A DNA stretch of 63,430 bases, counting the filler, from Welwitschia mirabilis (lineage: Eukaryota), in the NCBI GenBank assembly GCA_051453625.1. It is 6 parts of one record of this genome, joined end to end, with 100 filler letters (N's around TTAATTAATTAA, not from the genome) between each part and the next. Parts side by side here need not be neighbours in the genome. Positions count along the whole stretch, not along the records: positions 12,058 to 31,963 come from JBOZIK010000001.1; 5 more parts are not named here. One strand, written 5' to 3'. Every line of letters begins with the position of its first letter. The stretch's first letter is position 1. Shown here one piece after another: positions 12,058 through 25,820 of this stretch. The notes under the pieces were generated by a model. It saw nothing but the letters and a program-made list of their open reading frames with translations, was not told the DNA's origin and searched no databases. A program made the position numbers and the translations under genes.

Positions 12058-14088
12058 GGTTATCTTTCCTATCATCTTTAGAGATAAATCAAAACTTTAG
12101 CTTAGAACGATATCCCATAAGAGCCTTAAATCTTGAAGTCAAGTTCAAGAAGCCTTTATAAAGAGATTCATGAGTGAAACCACTATTTAGAAGCATAAGA
12201 AAGAAGTCACAAACTTTCAACAATTGTCTAACAAAGATTATGCCTCTGCCTATGAGAATTCTTTGTTCCTTTACATTCAAACCCTGTAGATGCCTTTTTC
12301 GAGGTAGAGTTAATTGACTATTTTTATAGTGGATTGAACAGTTATACTAAGCAACTTGTAGATTTCTCTTATAGAGGTAACCTCTTAAACCAAACCTTAG
12401 GAGATGCTTTGAAGGTGTTGCAAGATTTAGTGGAGGTAAGTCAAAGTTAGCCTAAACCCTCCTTTAGAGAAAACCAAATCATAGGCCAAATCATTAAGGA
12501 CCTAAAAGAAGTCAATTATGAGAAGAATGAAACCAAAATAAAAAATTAACTAACTAGTGTTATTAAGAATTTCACTTTTACCTTAGAGAAATACACCCAA
12601 ATGATCTTTGATGCTAAAGTGGTAACTGAGAAGAGTGAAGTTATTATTCCAACATGTGATTTGTGTGAAGATAGTTATCATGTCATAAAAGATTGCTCTT
12701 TACTTCCTACTTATAAAGAGAGAATCTATGAGGAAGTTTGCACCTTTAACCAAAGACCTTCTAACTACATGTAAAACCATGACCAAAGAGAAGTCCAAAG
12801 TTACAATTTTCAAAATAGGATGAGTGAGCAACCAAATTCTAGAAATTTTCAAATACATCATCTTAACTTTTAGCCCTTTAGAAATAGATTTGAACATCCA
12901 AATTTTCAATCCAACCATTTAAATAATTTGATAAGCCCTTTCAACTCCTAAAACCATAGTGATCCTCTTAGGAATTCCATTGAGGAGTTGAGAAAAACTC
13001 AAAAGAAAACAAATGCAAACATAGAAAATTTTGTAAGTATTTTATAACAGATAACAAGCCATGCTTGTCAATCAAAGACCACAAGGGCCCCTTGCCACTC
13101 AACTTTATTGAATCTTAACGAAGTATAAAAAGATTATAAGATGGTGATAAGGAGTGGAAATGATACAACTCCCCCTACTCATAAGACTTTAACTTCCTAA
13201 AATTACAAAAATTATGAGGAAGAGGACATAGAAATTCTAGAAAATCATTCCTTCCCTTCCTTACTTAGCAACAAAAAGAAAGATCCTTCACAAAAGAAAC
13301 CTGCTATCCCATGGCTTAATAGGCTCAACACAAATCCCATTTTTTATGATCATTTGAAAGCCTTAATGCAAAATGTGAGTATCAACTTATCTTTTTGGAA
13401 ACTTTTATAAGAAAATCCTAAGTACTCTAAGCTATGAAAAGACCTAATAAGAAGGAAACAAAAAAGAACTATCCCTAATAAAGTTTTCCTATCTCAATCC
13501 ATTAGCAACTTAGTTTCCAAAAAGTATCCAGAGTTTAAAGATCTGGGGGTAGCAATTATTAGTATCACTTTAGAGGGGAACCATAGAATTAATAAATCCT
13601 TAGTAGACATAGGAGCTAGTGTTAATATTATTTCCTTATATATTTATTAACTTCTTAAATTGAAAGTATGAGTGGAACCTACACAAATTGTCTTAGAGTT
13701 AGCTGATGGATCCGTAAAGAGACCTTTAGGTATGATCAAGAATTTGGTCATTTAGATAGAGGAAGCTTTCTACTAAATAGATGTTGTTATTCTAGAAGCT
13801 AAGCATCAAGGTAAATATCCCCTACTTTTAGGCAGATCTTTCTATGCAATAGCCCATTGCATCATAGACACAAGAACTAGATTAATGAACTGCCATTTTG
13901 GAAATAAGCAATTTTCAATAAGAGTGTTTGATGTAGCCGAAAAAGATTTAGGAAACAATTTGGGTTTGGAAAAAGATATAAAACCAACCATATTTTTACA
14001 GCACCATCCAAACCTAAAGAAAATTGTAAAAGATAAAATCATAAAAATTATGGGTGGAAAATGGTGTATGCACATAGACAATAGTTGA
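12058..14088 (+). pseudogene. Athila-like gag and aspartic protease
   Basis: Retrotrans_gag-like SQVQEAFIKRF and LIDYFYSGLN..LVDFSYRGNLL; Cys/His motif CDLCEDSYHVIKDC; protease KSLVDIGASVNII, LELADGSVKRPLG, PLLLGRSF. Confidence 0.88.
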
Positions 14089-15657
14089 AATGACATAAGG
14101 ATTTTTAGATGCAATTGTAAACATGGTAGAAGCACTTGTTTTGAAGGTTTCCCTCACTGAGGAGGACTTCATCCCTATCATTATTTAAGTTCTCTCTTAG
14201 ACTACTCCTTTGGTTAAATATTATGACTTCACCTAATCATCTTTTAAAACTTGACTTGTGTATTACTCTGTGAAGTATCATGATTAGTTTTATACTTAGG
14301 CATTTACAGGTTGCAAGATTGGATTCACCCAATCTTGAGACATTCCTATGTCTATGAAATGTATTTACAGGAAGATGCCTTATTTCTTGTGTTTTTTCAA
14401 TGATGGTTAAATCTTAAGTTATCAAAAAGTGTTCTTTTCTGTCTTTTATCTCACTTATTCACCTTCGTCTTTCTTAAGTGTGTAATCATATGGGAATTTT
14501 TGTGTTCAAAAAAAAAAAAAGATGAAAAGCATGATATCCTATTATAAGTACACCGAGATAAATATTTCCGAGAGGAGCCTTTGGTAGTGTAATATGGTAG
14601 CTGTGGAAACTCCACTAGGAGGTCAGTTGGCCATGCTTCATGAGTCCTTATTCTTCTACAGTGGTTGCACTCCCCTCATCATGGCAAAAGAAATAAAACC
14701 CTTCATATTCCCACTTGATCATTTCACTTTTGGAGATTCTGATGAGTTTGTACATCAAAGTAGATGAGTCCTTTCCTAAGTAACTTTTGGTTTTGACCTT
14801 TATTATTCTACACACTTAACACTTTGGATATCGCTATAACCACTGCCTTTTCGAATGGACTTTATGGAGTTAATACATTTTTTTATGCATATTCACTTAG
14901 GTGATGTTATGATGTTTTCCTTGGAAGTTTGCTACATTAGTACTTAGGATAGGTAAATAGTCTTCTTCTTATTTCTTGTATCCATTTTTCCTCTGATTTT
15001 CTTTTATTTTCCTTTCTACTATTTTCAGGTTATTTCTACATCTTCTTCTTTTTTTTCTTAGGACTTTATCCATTTTGTTCTTTTAGGTAGTTTGGGATGC
15101 ATTGTATCATTTTAAGGAGGGCAGGACATATTTTTGATACTTTTCTTTTCATATTAAGAATTATTATGGCTGATCTTCCTTCCTTTCCCCTACTCCTAGA
15201 CTAGATACTGAATCACGATTCATTATGCATAGGCGAGGGAAGTAGTTTTACATTTTATTTTAGCATGATGTATTATTTCTTTTTGATTTTACATGATTAA
15301 CCTTGGATTTTTATGATGAAAATGACATATTTGACTATTTATCATAGTGGGGGAGGGGGGCTGTTTATCATGATTACTTAATTAACGAAATATTTGATTT
15401 CTTTCACAGGTTCCAGTTTTGAAAATCTTTTGAGGATCCTGTCATTCCCATTATCATCCAGACGACATACCAGATGACTGACTTCTAATGCTTAGCAGGT
15501 ATGTTTTTTTAGTTTTTAAATTTTCTAGAAATTAGTCTATTGCTGATATATGACACAATTCTTTTTCAGATACTTCCTTTAGATATCCTAGCTATTTTTA
15601 TTATCAAAAAGTTGGCTTGCAATTGTGGTTTACCACCTAGTTTTATTAGGGACTAAC

Positions 15658-15676
15658 AAAGCTAAGTGGAGGGCTA
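15658..15676 (+). promoter_or_regulatory. Polypurine tract
   Basis: aaagctaagtggagggcta directly before TG; homologous PPTs at 18610-18628 (+) and 42048, 51286, 57659 (-). Confidence 0.8.
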
Positions 15677-17252
15677 TGTTGTACTGCCAAATTACATGTA
15701 TTTGATAGGGTATTTTGAGTTTTTTTACAAGTAAATTAACAGATAAATGCTTAGTTCTCATGATAATGGAGAACTGTGATGAATAGAATGAAAACATGCA
15801 ATTTCCAAATAAATTANNNNNNNNNNNNNNNNNNNNNNNNNNNNNNNNNNNNNNNNNNNNNNNNNNNNNNNNNNNNNNNNNNNNNNNNNNNNNNNNNNNN
15901 NNNNNNNNNNNNNNNNNNNNNNNNNNNNNNNNNNNNNNNNNNNNNNNNNNNNNNNNNNNNNNNNNNNNNNNNNNNNNNNNNNNNNNNNNNNNNNNNNNNN
16001 NNNNNNNNNNNNNNNNNNNNNNNNNNNNNNNNNNNNNNNNNNNNNNNNNNNNNNNNNNNNNNNNNNNNNNNNNNNNNNNNNNNNNNNNNNNNNNNNNNNN
16101 NNNNNNNNNNNNNNNNNNNNNNNNNNNNNNNNNNNNNNNNNNNNNNNNNNNNNNNNNNNNNNNNNNNNNNNNNNNNNNNNNNNNNNNNNNNNNNNNNNNN
16201 NNNNNNNNNNNNNNNNNNNNAATTCTCATGATAATGAATAACCGAGATGAACAAAATGAAAACATGCAATTTCCAAATAAATTACAAGCATTTTGTGAAG
16301 ATATGGATAAATGATATTTTGGATAATGATTCCTACAAACAATAAGCGATTAGACTGACTGAAGATTGACAAAAATCCTATCGTCCACCTCATCTTCTAG
16401 ACATCATGGGTAAACGACATCATTAACTAGTCAATAACATTTCACATGCAAATCATAAGTAGTTAAACTGGAGCAAATAAGAAATTCTAATTATCAGTCA
16501 TCATCATCTCCTCTATCGTCTAGATAATAAGAAGGATGATACTATTCTCTTATACTTTTACCAAATATTTACTTGAGTTGTCATCACTTTAGTGAAACTT
16601 TTCTTTACATGTTAACTAAGGTTTTTCCTGTACTCTTCTATCAGTTTACTTTTCTTTTCTGTTTATAAATAAGAGTCTTCCCCTAAATCCCTAATCATCT
16701 TCGATAGTACCTGACATACTCATGATAGGAGATCTTGGAACTAGAGAACCATCTTATAATCCCAAAAAGATGTTACCTTGGTGTTGGACGACATTTCTTC
16801 CATTAAGGAACGAATACTTTGTGATACAAATGCTTTTATGCTTTTTAATATAAATTATCCTTTTTGTGTTTAATATATGCAGGATCTTTTTCCACATATT
16901 TTATGTTATTTTAGATTCAGTGACATGATTCTTTTATTATATAGATTATGAGGGCAACCTTTGTCAAGGTTGAGCTTAATTAGTTTAGGTACATCATTAT
17001 TTTCTTTCCTAAATTAGTTTTCCATAAGTATGTTTTATTTTAATTTCATGCATTGCAATTTATTTCAGTAGACTAGATTTACATAATTTTCTCTTACAAG
17101 CAACTCTTTATTTTCCATACTTTATCCTTCAACGGAATTACAACATATAGATTACTCCCATCTATACTAGTGTGTTGTGTTTGTGTATATTAATTGTGAT
17201 TAACAAGATTTTAGATCAGGATGTAAATATTGCATAAATACGTATCAAAACA
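15677..17252 (+). repeat. Athila-family LTR (contains N gap)
   Basis: Starts TGTTGTACTGCCAA, ends GTATCAAAACA; homologous to 45248-46456 and to the reverse complement of 50193-51285 and 62883-63430. Confidence 0.88.
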
Positions 17253-20200
17253 GACACTCACATGTCTATGAACTTTATTTTAAAGAAAGATGCTTTATTT
17301 TTAATGATGAAAAGGTCTTAGATTATTTAAGAGTGTTCTTTTCTATCTTCATCTTATGACTTAACCTCTATTTTTTGGAGTGTTTGGTCATGTGGAATGT
17401 TTTCTTTTGTGAAAAAAAAGGGAAAAAAAGAAAATAGAAGAATAAAAAATGAGTGAAATAAGACCATAATATTTTATATTTAAGATATTTCAAGAACATT
17501 ATCACCATGATATCCTACTAAAAATACATCGAAGCAAATATTTCTGAGAGGAGCCTTTGACAGTGTAATACGGTAGCTATGAAAAATCCCCTAGGAGGTT
17601 AGTTGGCCATGCTTCATGAGTTCTTACTTCTCTAACTATGGTTTCACTCCCATCATCATGGATAATAAAATAGTAAAGCCTTATAGGCTATGGGATCAGT
17701 GGTGTTCCTGGTATTATCAAAGACATTGCTTGTTTCTTAGACTATTAGTTTTTTCACATGATTATTTTATTTCTTGAGATTCAAGTGTTTGTTTTGAGAT
17801 GTTATTAGGTGAGTTTATTTTTGAGTAATTATTTTGTCTTATCATTTATTGTTTAAAGCATTTAATATTTAGCATCGTCATAACCATTACTTTATCAGAT
17901 AGAATTTTGTATACATTAAGACATGCATTTTAAAATTAAGTAATATTATGAACTCTTTCATGAGAGTTTGCTAGGTTAAAATTCCAAATAGGTTAGCTAT
18001 ATTTTATTTATGTTACCTTTTATCCATTCATTTTATTTTTTTGATGTTCAATTTTCAAAGTCATTTCAATATTTTCTTATCATTTAATGCTTTCCTTGCT
18101 CAGTTTTTAATAAAGAGTTAATTTCTTACTTAGTTAAATAGTTTTATGATGTTTATTTTTAGCATTTTAAAGTTTCTCAAGGCTACTCATAATCATTTTA
18201 TGATAGAACATTTTCTTTACTTGTTAGAATATTTCATACATCTATATTTTTCAAATCTGACATTTCTTTTCTTAGCTTTGCACTTAATTTAGAAAGTTAT
18301 CCAAAATTTTGAAACATCCATCATTGACCTTATCACTTCTATCTACTTTCTTTACTTTATTATCCAATATGGATGTATTATTTTTCTCAGGGGGGATAAG
18401 ACCCATTTTCATAACTTATTTTTAAATTTTTGAGTTATTTTAGAGCTTTCATAAGACATAATTTTTACTCCATATATATTATGCATTACATGTAATTTTG
18501 CTATATGATGTATTTTATGAGTCTATATTATAATTTTTAGATTAATTTTTTATAATATAAAGTGGCTCGTATTTGTGGTTTTTTGCCTAATTTTTGTCAG
18601 AAACTAATAAAGGCTAAGTGGAAGGCTATGTTGCACTACTAATTTGTGGTTATTTAATGGGATTTTATGGGCTATTTTGTATGAAATTTACATAGTTTAG
18701 ATACAATTATGAGGATTTTAGAGAATTAATGGAAATATCAGAAATGTGTGATTCTTGGCATAATTTAAGGCATTTATGGCATATTTTGATGCATAGAGAT
18801 ATGGAGAAATATTGCTAATAAAAACTAGTTTTTTCTCATTAAAATAAATAAAGAAGGCTTTTCCTCTATTGTCCACACAATATGCAGGACGATGACACAT
18901 TTAAATGTTGATGTGGACTGTTGAGACACTACTGAATCATCTGATGAATTATCTTTTGTAATAAGCTGTCATGTCCTATGTCATTTAGATGACAATTAGG
19001 ATGACCACTGTAACTGACTCTGATAATCGACCTTAATCATTCCGTCCATTTCTCTTCTGTAATGGAGTGTGTTTTAGAATGCTTTTTGTTATCATTTTTT
19101 ATTATGTAATCTTATAAATAAGACCTCCATTTAACTCTCCTCTCTATATTCAATGAATAAAAAATTCTTGTGACATGAGATTAAAGAATGGAAGATCCAT
19201 CTCAAGAGTTACAAAAAGACATTCCCTTGGTGGAGGGCTATGAATCCTTTATTGAGGCCCAGCTATTTTGTAGCTAGATGTTTGGTTCCTTTTAATATAA
19301 AACTTACTTTTTTCTTATTTCATTTAAATTTGTCAGATGTCCCTTATGGTTTATGTTGCCCTTAATCTAGTAAGAATTTCATTGGTAATATAGATCTTAA
19401 TAGCAACCTTTGTCAAGAATAAAAAAAAGTAGTTTAGTTTTATTTTGCATTACATTTAGTTAGTTGCATTTTGCATTTGCATTGAAGCTTTTATTTCCTA
19501 CATTATTCTTTAAGTTTGGTCACTTTATTGAAAATCAATTCTTATTCTCCTCTTATTAAGTCTTTAACAAGATATGACATTTTGGTTCACTCCCATTCAT
19601 ACTAGTATGTTGGATTATGTAAGATATGTATTTTATTTGTAAATTATAGGATCTTTTGAGTATAAATGTTTNNNNNNNNNNNNNNNNNNNNNNNNNNNNN
19701 NNNNNNNNNNNNNNNNNNNNNNNNNNNNNNNNNNNNNNNNNNNNNNNNNNNNNNNNNNNNNNNNNNNNNNNNNNNNNNNNNNNNNNNNNNNNNNNNNNNN
19801 NNNNNNNNNNNNNNNNNNNNNNNNNNNNNNNNNNNNNNNNNNNNNNNNNNNNNNNNNNNNNNNNNNNNNNNNNNNNNNNNNNNNNNNNNNNNNNNNNNNN
19901 NNNNNNNNNNNNNNNNNNNNNNNNNNNNNNNNNNNNNNNNNNNNNNNNNNNNNNNNNNNNNNNNNNNNNNNNNNNNNNNNNNNNNNNNNNNNNNNNNNNN
20001 NNNNNNNNNNNNNNNNNNNNNNNNNNNNNNNNNNNNNNNNNNNNNNNNNNNNNNNNNNNNNNNNNNNNNNNNNNNNNNNNNNNNNNNNNNNNNNNNNNNN
20101 NNNNNNNNNNNNNNNNNNNNNNNNNNNNNNNNNNNNNNNNNNNNNNNNNNNNNNNNNNNNNNNNNNNNNNNNNNNNNNNNNNNNNNNNNNNNNNNNNNNN

Positions 20201-20267
20201 NNNNNNNNNNNNNNNNNNNNNNNNNNNNNNNNNNNNNNNNNNNNNNNNNNNNNNNNACATCACAACA
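17253..20267 (+). mobile_element. 3' portion of a second related Athila-family element (internal non-coding, PPT, LTR 18629-20267)
   Basis: 17253-17680 is homologous to 14340-14700; PPT aggctaagtggaaggcta then TGTTGCAC at 18629; terminus catcacaaca at 20267 after a gap. Confidence 0.75.
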
Positions 20268-20289
20268 TCTATTTCTTTATTTCTATAAT

Positions 20290-20580
20290 TTCATAGCCCA
20301 GTTCACTATAGATGTTTATGAATAGATGATTAATGAATTCAGCATGATGATGGAATACATTCTAGGGTATTGTGATAATAAGAGTACCATTAACATATTG
20401 AAGAATTCTATGTAGCATTCAAAAATTAAATACATAGATATCTATCACCATTTTATTCTTGTTCACATACAGAGTGGAGATATCAGATTAGAGTAGGTTG
20501 AAATAACTAATTAACTAGTTGGCATTTTAACTAAACCTTTAAGTGAAGTAAGATTTAATAAGCTATGCCTTTCAGTTAAT
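20290..20580 (+). pseudogene. Ty1/copia RNase H C-terminal fragment
   Basis: YCDNKSTINILKNSM*HSKIKYIDIYHHFI…LVGILTKPLSEVRFNKL matches copia CDNxSAI..HSRTKHIDIRHHF..ADIFTKPL. Confidence 0.85.
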
Positions 20581-21640
20581 TATATTAATTATTTATTATA
20601 AATCTATATTTACCTAAAGTAACCATGAATTACTATTAGATTATTCATATATTTTAAAGTTATCTTTAAATAGATGAATCCTTTAACTATTACTCATGCT
20701 ACACATAAGCTAGATGTTTTCCATACTAGCTCTTAGAAATTAACTCTAAAGAGATCTGAATTAGTTAGAATACAAATTTTATCTTCTATTAATAAATAAT
20801 TCAAAGTAATTACAAAGATAGTAAGAAAAATTAGTGAAAATATAATGATACATAAGAAATGTTAATATAGATTTCCAAAGAAAATAGTTAGCAAGGAATA
20901 GAAACCATTATACAACTTTGAGAAAATGGGTACACTAGTTTAGTCTAGTAGTAGTGATGAATATGTCAGTGATAATAGGTCAAAGCAAAGGAGGAATAAC
21001 CTCATACAGAGAAAAACTCTGACTCAAGTTCTGATGAGGATTATCCACAAGAATAAGTGAACATATATTAGGGGAGATTTAGGAAATTTACATCTATTAT
21101 ATAATGAGTTTAATATACTATTTTACTTTCATCACCCCAATAAACTCAGAGTGTATAATAAAGTGCTATAGAATTCTATTGAATCACAAACATACATCTC
21201 TCCATCATTATATCTTCCTCCATATTTAGTAAGTGTATGAGAATGAGCTCTATATTTTTTCCAAGAGGAAACATCCACTTTATCTAGTATATTCTAATTA
21301 ATGTAGTATAATGAACTAGATTTAAAGATAAGTTTACACTTAGCTATCATTTGTCTTTAGGGATAACATGGGTTTAGGTTTAGAGATATACTAACTAAGC
21401 TTTAATGCAAGTTACAAATTTTACAAAAAGGAAAAAGAGAAAGAGATGATTTTTAGAATTATATTTGAACTTTATCTTGAGAAAGGAGGAAAGAAAATAG
21501 CTCTAAGTTATCACTGATTTATGCTTAGGCAATCCTTCACTCCAATGTTATCCAATCATATTATTGTAAAATACTTAAAGCCATCAAGTGATTTTGGTTC
21601 AAGTCATGGGGCATAATCTCATTCAATATATGATAAGTGG

Positions 21641-22607
21641 TGAATCCAATTAATACTTTAGTCTTTAAATAATAATAGAAAGTAAAGAATCCTAAAGCAC
21701 TTAAGATCTATGAAATTAAAAGACTTAGACTAAGTGATTAAAAGAAATTCAAATAAATAAAATAAACTTATTGATTAAAGTAGTTACATAAGCATTTTAA
21801 TTATAATTTCTAATACATGATCAAAGGAAAATAACTTAATATATTGCAAATAGGAACAACTTTACAATAAAGAAAGAAATAAGTAGAAAGAATTCCTTAG
21901 TAATCCTAAAGACTAGCTTACTCCCCCAAAGAACCACTTAGAAATCCATAACAAATCAATGCTCTAAGGTTCTTCAATTATCCTAGCTAAAGATAATGCA
22001 ATAAAGGGTTTAAAGCTTTTTTATACAAAGAGATGGGGAAGAGAGATGGTTATAAGCCCTTAGCTTATAGCATTAGGTGGATAGTTACAAATAATAACAT
22101 CAGGTAGGATGGTTTATATTCTCTTCCATTTGGTAAAGATGCTAATGATAATGTTAATACTTAACTTACTCCCAGTGTCTCCATCAACATCCTAGTTATT
22201 CTTGTGAAATGTCACTTTGTGAATTCTCATCATCCCTATCACATGTTCTTAAGATTGTAATTAATTTCTAATGTGGATTTAGATCAAGCCGATAACTAAA
22301 TTTTATCCAATTTTCCATGACAATCTAAGAACATGAGCTTGAAGGTAATCTATGCAGAAAGGATGATAGCACTGGTGGTCCTAGATAATGATGCTAGTGT
22401 TTTAACTATGATGATTATGGGATTAACACATGTCCTTCAGTTAAGCATAAATTACCTAAAAATGTTATAGAAAATAATTAAGTACACACTTAATATAAAA
22501 ATCAATAGAAGACATTATTTTTAGGTGAAATAAATTATATTAATATCTTCTAATAAGGTTAATGGACTATTTAAATTAATCAAAATGTCAATTTTTGCAT
22601 GTTAACA
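21641..22607 (-). repeat. Putative 3' LTR of the host Athila element
   Basis: Minus strand shows Athila-like PPT context cttaggcactagcaaaagactagttaggaggtg followed by TGTTAAC at 22607; left end uncertain. Confidence 0.5.
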
Positions 22608-23919
22608 CACCTCCTAACTAGTCTTTTGCTAGTGCCTAAGTAAAATGATGATAATGTAATCGTTAAACATGGAAAAATTATCAAATTCAAATGTTCTTAA
22701 TCATGAAAAGATGTAAAATTGAAAATTTTTATGACCAATTTTATATGATTAGGTTATCAAAGTAAAAAATTTAATGAAAATCGAAATGTCATACCTCCTA
22801 TCCAAAACTAAACCTTATTCTCAAAGTTTATGGTAAATAACTTTTAAGTCCTTTAAAAAACAAGCCTTAGAATGAATCATGAAAGTCCTTTTAGTAAAAG
22901 CCATGCAACTAAGCTAAGAACTAACTACAATAAAAAGCTGAGGAAAAACAAAAATTATCCACATTAAAACAATGCTAACTGAAAGGTTGATCAATAAAAA
23001 TGATTCATGCCTTAGGAATTATTTCTCATAAAGATGATGATAAAGTTAAGTGGAATGAAATGGGATGAAATGGAGATAATAATTACATCAAGTGGACTAA
23101 GCCATAAATTAATAAATAAATGATTAAACATTTTTAAGTTAATGGTCCTTTATTATATTTTTATATATTTATTAGATTATAATATCAATCAAGTGAAGTT
23201 TTAATCAAGTAACTTATATGAATATAAGAAATTGATGCAAATTTTAAGTATGAAAGTTAAGAGACAATGATTCACATAAAGCCTCCAATTTCCACCTTTT
23301 TCATTCCTTTATTTTTTATTTCTTCTTTCGCATATGTTCTTAGTACTATGCCTTTAAATCACATTGAGTACCTAGTATTATGACAATTCATAATAATAGA
23401 GTTAAACATGTTGTATTTGTAGAAATTAGTGTTGTATTGTTAGTGAGCATTTATAGCCCTAATGTAGTTGAACATGTAACAATTAGATTGTTAGAGCTAC
23501 ATTGCCAATAAATATTCATAGCCTTAATGTAGTTAATTAAACCCAATTAAGTGATTAATGTTATTTACTTTTGTAGAATGGATATATTATTTTATATTCT
23601 TAATTTTTTCATAGTCATTTTTATGCACATTAAGGGGACATTGGCTTATCTGTCTAGTCAAGACAAATCCTGTCCCTATTAAAGACTTTTTACTTAAGGA
23701 ACATATGTGAAGGTAAATCTGATCTTTTTAACCAAGTTTTAATAAAACTGAAGATCCTAAGCAAATGTGTTTTAAACCAACATATTTGATATAAGCATAA
23801 TTTTCCTTAAAAGCCCATAAGTAAAATTTATCTTACCCATTACCTAGGTGATAATGCAATCATTTATTATTGATTTTTATTTAAGGGCTTTTAATTTGGA
23901 TTAGTAATCCTTATAAATT

Positions 23920-25820
23920 CATAAGTTACTAGAATATTTATTAAATTTGATAGTTGATTGTTTTTGGGATTTTCTATGAGAAATAATCCATGAAACAAGA
24001 CCTTATTTATTAAAAATAGTCCTTTCCACTTAGAAGCTAATTTTCTTGGGAAAAGATGTAAGCATGAGTTATAAAGAAAACTACTTCTCCCTCCTTAAAA
24101 GATTTTTTAAAGATATGTTGATTGTGGAATTTGTTCATTTTGTCTTTATTTATCTCATGTTTTCATAGGATTTATTTTTAATTTTATCTAATTAATTAAG
24201 TTTTATGATCCTATTTTTCCTTATAGCCTCCAAATTTAAGTTCATTTTTTTGATCAAACAGTAAGCTTTGTGATCATGTTCTATAGGTAGATGATAGGCT
24301 TTTTTGTAGATTAATCTAAATGGTAGCATCCCTAAGGGAGTTTTATAAGTTGTTCAATATCCCATAAAACATCATTAAGTTTGAAGAAGTCTTTTTATGT
24401 TTCATTAACTACCTTTTATAAGATTTTCTTAAGTTTCTTATTTGTTACTTCAACTTAACCACTTGTATGAGGGTGGAACAGTGTTGTAACTTTATGTGTA
24501 ACCCTATATTTAGTGAGAAGATTATTAAATATCTTTTTTACAAAAGTGTGTTCCTCCATTACTAATTAAAACATGTGGATAATCAAAGTGAATTAATATA
24601 TTTTTTGAAAGAATTTAACCACTATTTTAGCATAGTTTATTCAATACATATAAGCCTCAGCCCATTTAGTTACATAATTAAGAAACAAAAAAATGTATTA
24701 ATGCCCATTTGATAATGGTTAAGATCCTAAAAATCAATTTCTCAAATGTTAAAGGATTCAATAACAATAATGGGATTTAAGAGCATCATTTTTCTTCACA
24801 AAAGAATTCCTAAATTTTGACAGTTATTACAAGATTTACAAGAAAGAGAGGAGTTTTTAAAATTTATGGCTAATAAAAATATTAAACTCCTTTTGTAGTG
24901 ATTTCATTGGCTGATTAATGATCATTATAATCCTTAAAATGGAAATGTTTAAGTATATCATGTATGTTAGTTTGAAGGTCTAGATAATATTTAAAAAGAT
25001 ATGGGCTATCCTAGAAAGAGTACTTGATTTGCTTAGAAATATCTTTTTATCATTGATGGTCTAGTAAGAAGGGATGATTTTGGACACTAGGTAGTTAGCA
25101 ATATTTGAAAACCAAGGTTCTTCATTAACTAAAAAGAGATGTTCATCTAAAAAGGTGTTATTAATGGGAAGGAACATTTGTAGATCCTCTTAGCTTAATC
25201 AGAAAAGGTAATAAAAAAATATGTTATTGAAACCATAATTTTCATGTTAAATTCATATAGAAATCTAATCAATCCTAGTTTTGAATCTTTTTTAACAAAG
25301 AGATATCTAAGAGATAAATGATCAATGTAGATAATTACCTTAGATCCAAAAATATATTACCTAAATTTCTCTATGACAAAGACTATATCCATTAGCATCT
25401 TTTCTGTAATAGTTTAGTTTAACTAACTATCATTTAAAGTTTTAATAGCATTGTAAATCATGGTTGGTTTTTTATCTATCTTTTATTCTAAAATAGCCCC
25501 GGCTGTGTAATTACTAGTATTACACATAAGTTCAAAAGATAACTTTTAGTTGGATGGTTAAATGATTACAATGGAAGTTAGTTTCTCTTCCAGTTATTTA
25601 AAGGCTTGTTGACATTCAAGGATCTAGTTGAAAGTGGTGTCTTTGCTTAAAAGATCACACAATGGCTTAAAGATTTTATTAAAATACTTGATAAATTTCC
25701 TATATTATTCTACATGTCCTAAAAAAGATCTAATATCTTTTTGTTTTAGAGGAGTTGAGAAGTGTATGATTAGAGAAACCTCTGCAGAATATACTTAGAT
25801 TTCTTCTTTAGAGATGACAT
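23920..25820 (-). pseudogene. Host Athila-like pol (RT end, RNase H, integrase), interrupted at 25820
   Basis: VISKEEI..DIRSFLGHV..RKFIK, FELMCNTSNYTAGAIL, LYNSCLHLFPRKLASKWKG. Confidence 0.9.

Larger units (their letters stand above)
12058..17252 (+). mobile_element. Non-autonomous Athila-like element, 3' part: gag-protease, non-coding region, PPT, 3' LTR; no RT/RH/INT
   Basis: gag-PR ends ~14088, then ~1.6 kb of non-coding DNA, PPT aaagctaagtggagggcta and TG...CA LTR. Confidence 0.85.

Noticed and set aside
14739..14780. CTGATGAG resembling a hammerhead ribozyme core (retrozyme idea); also at 21031
   Set aside because: No stem II followed by GAAA and no flanking helices visible.
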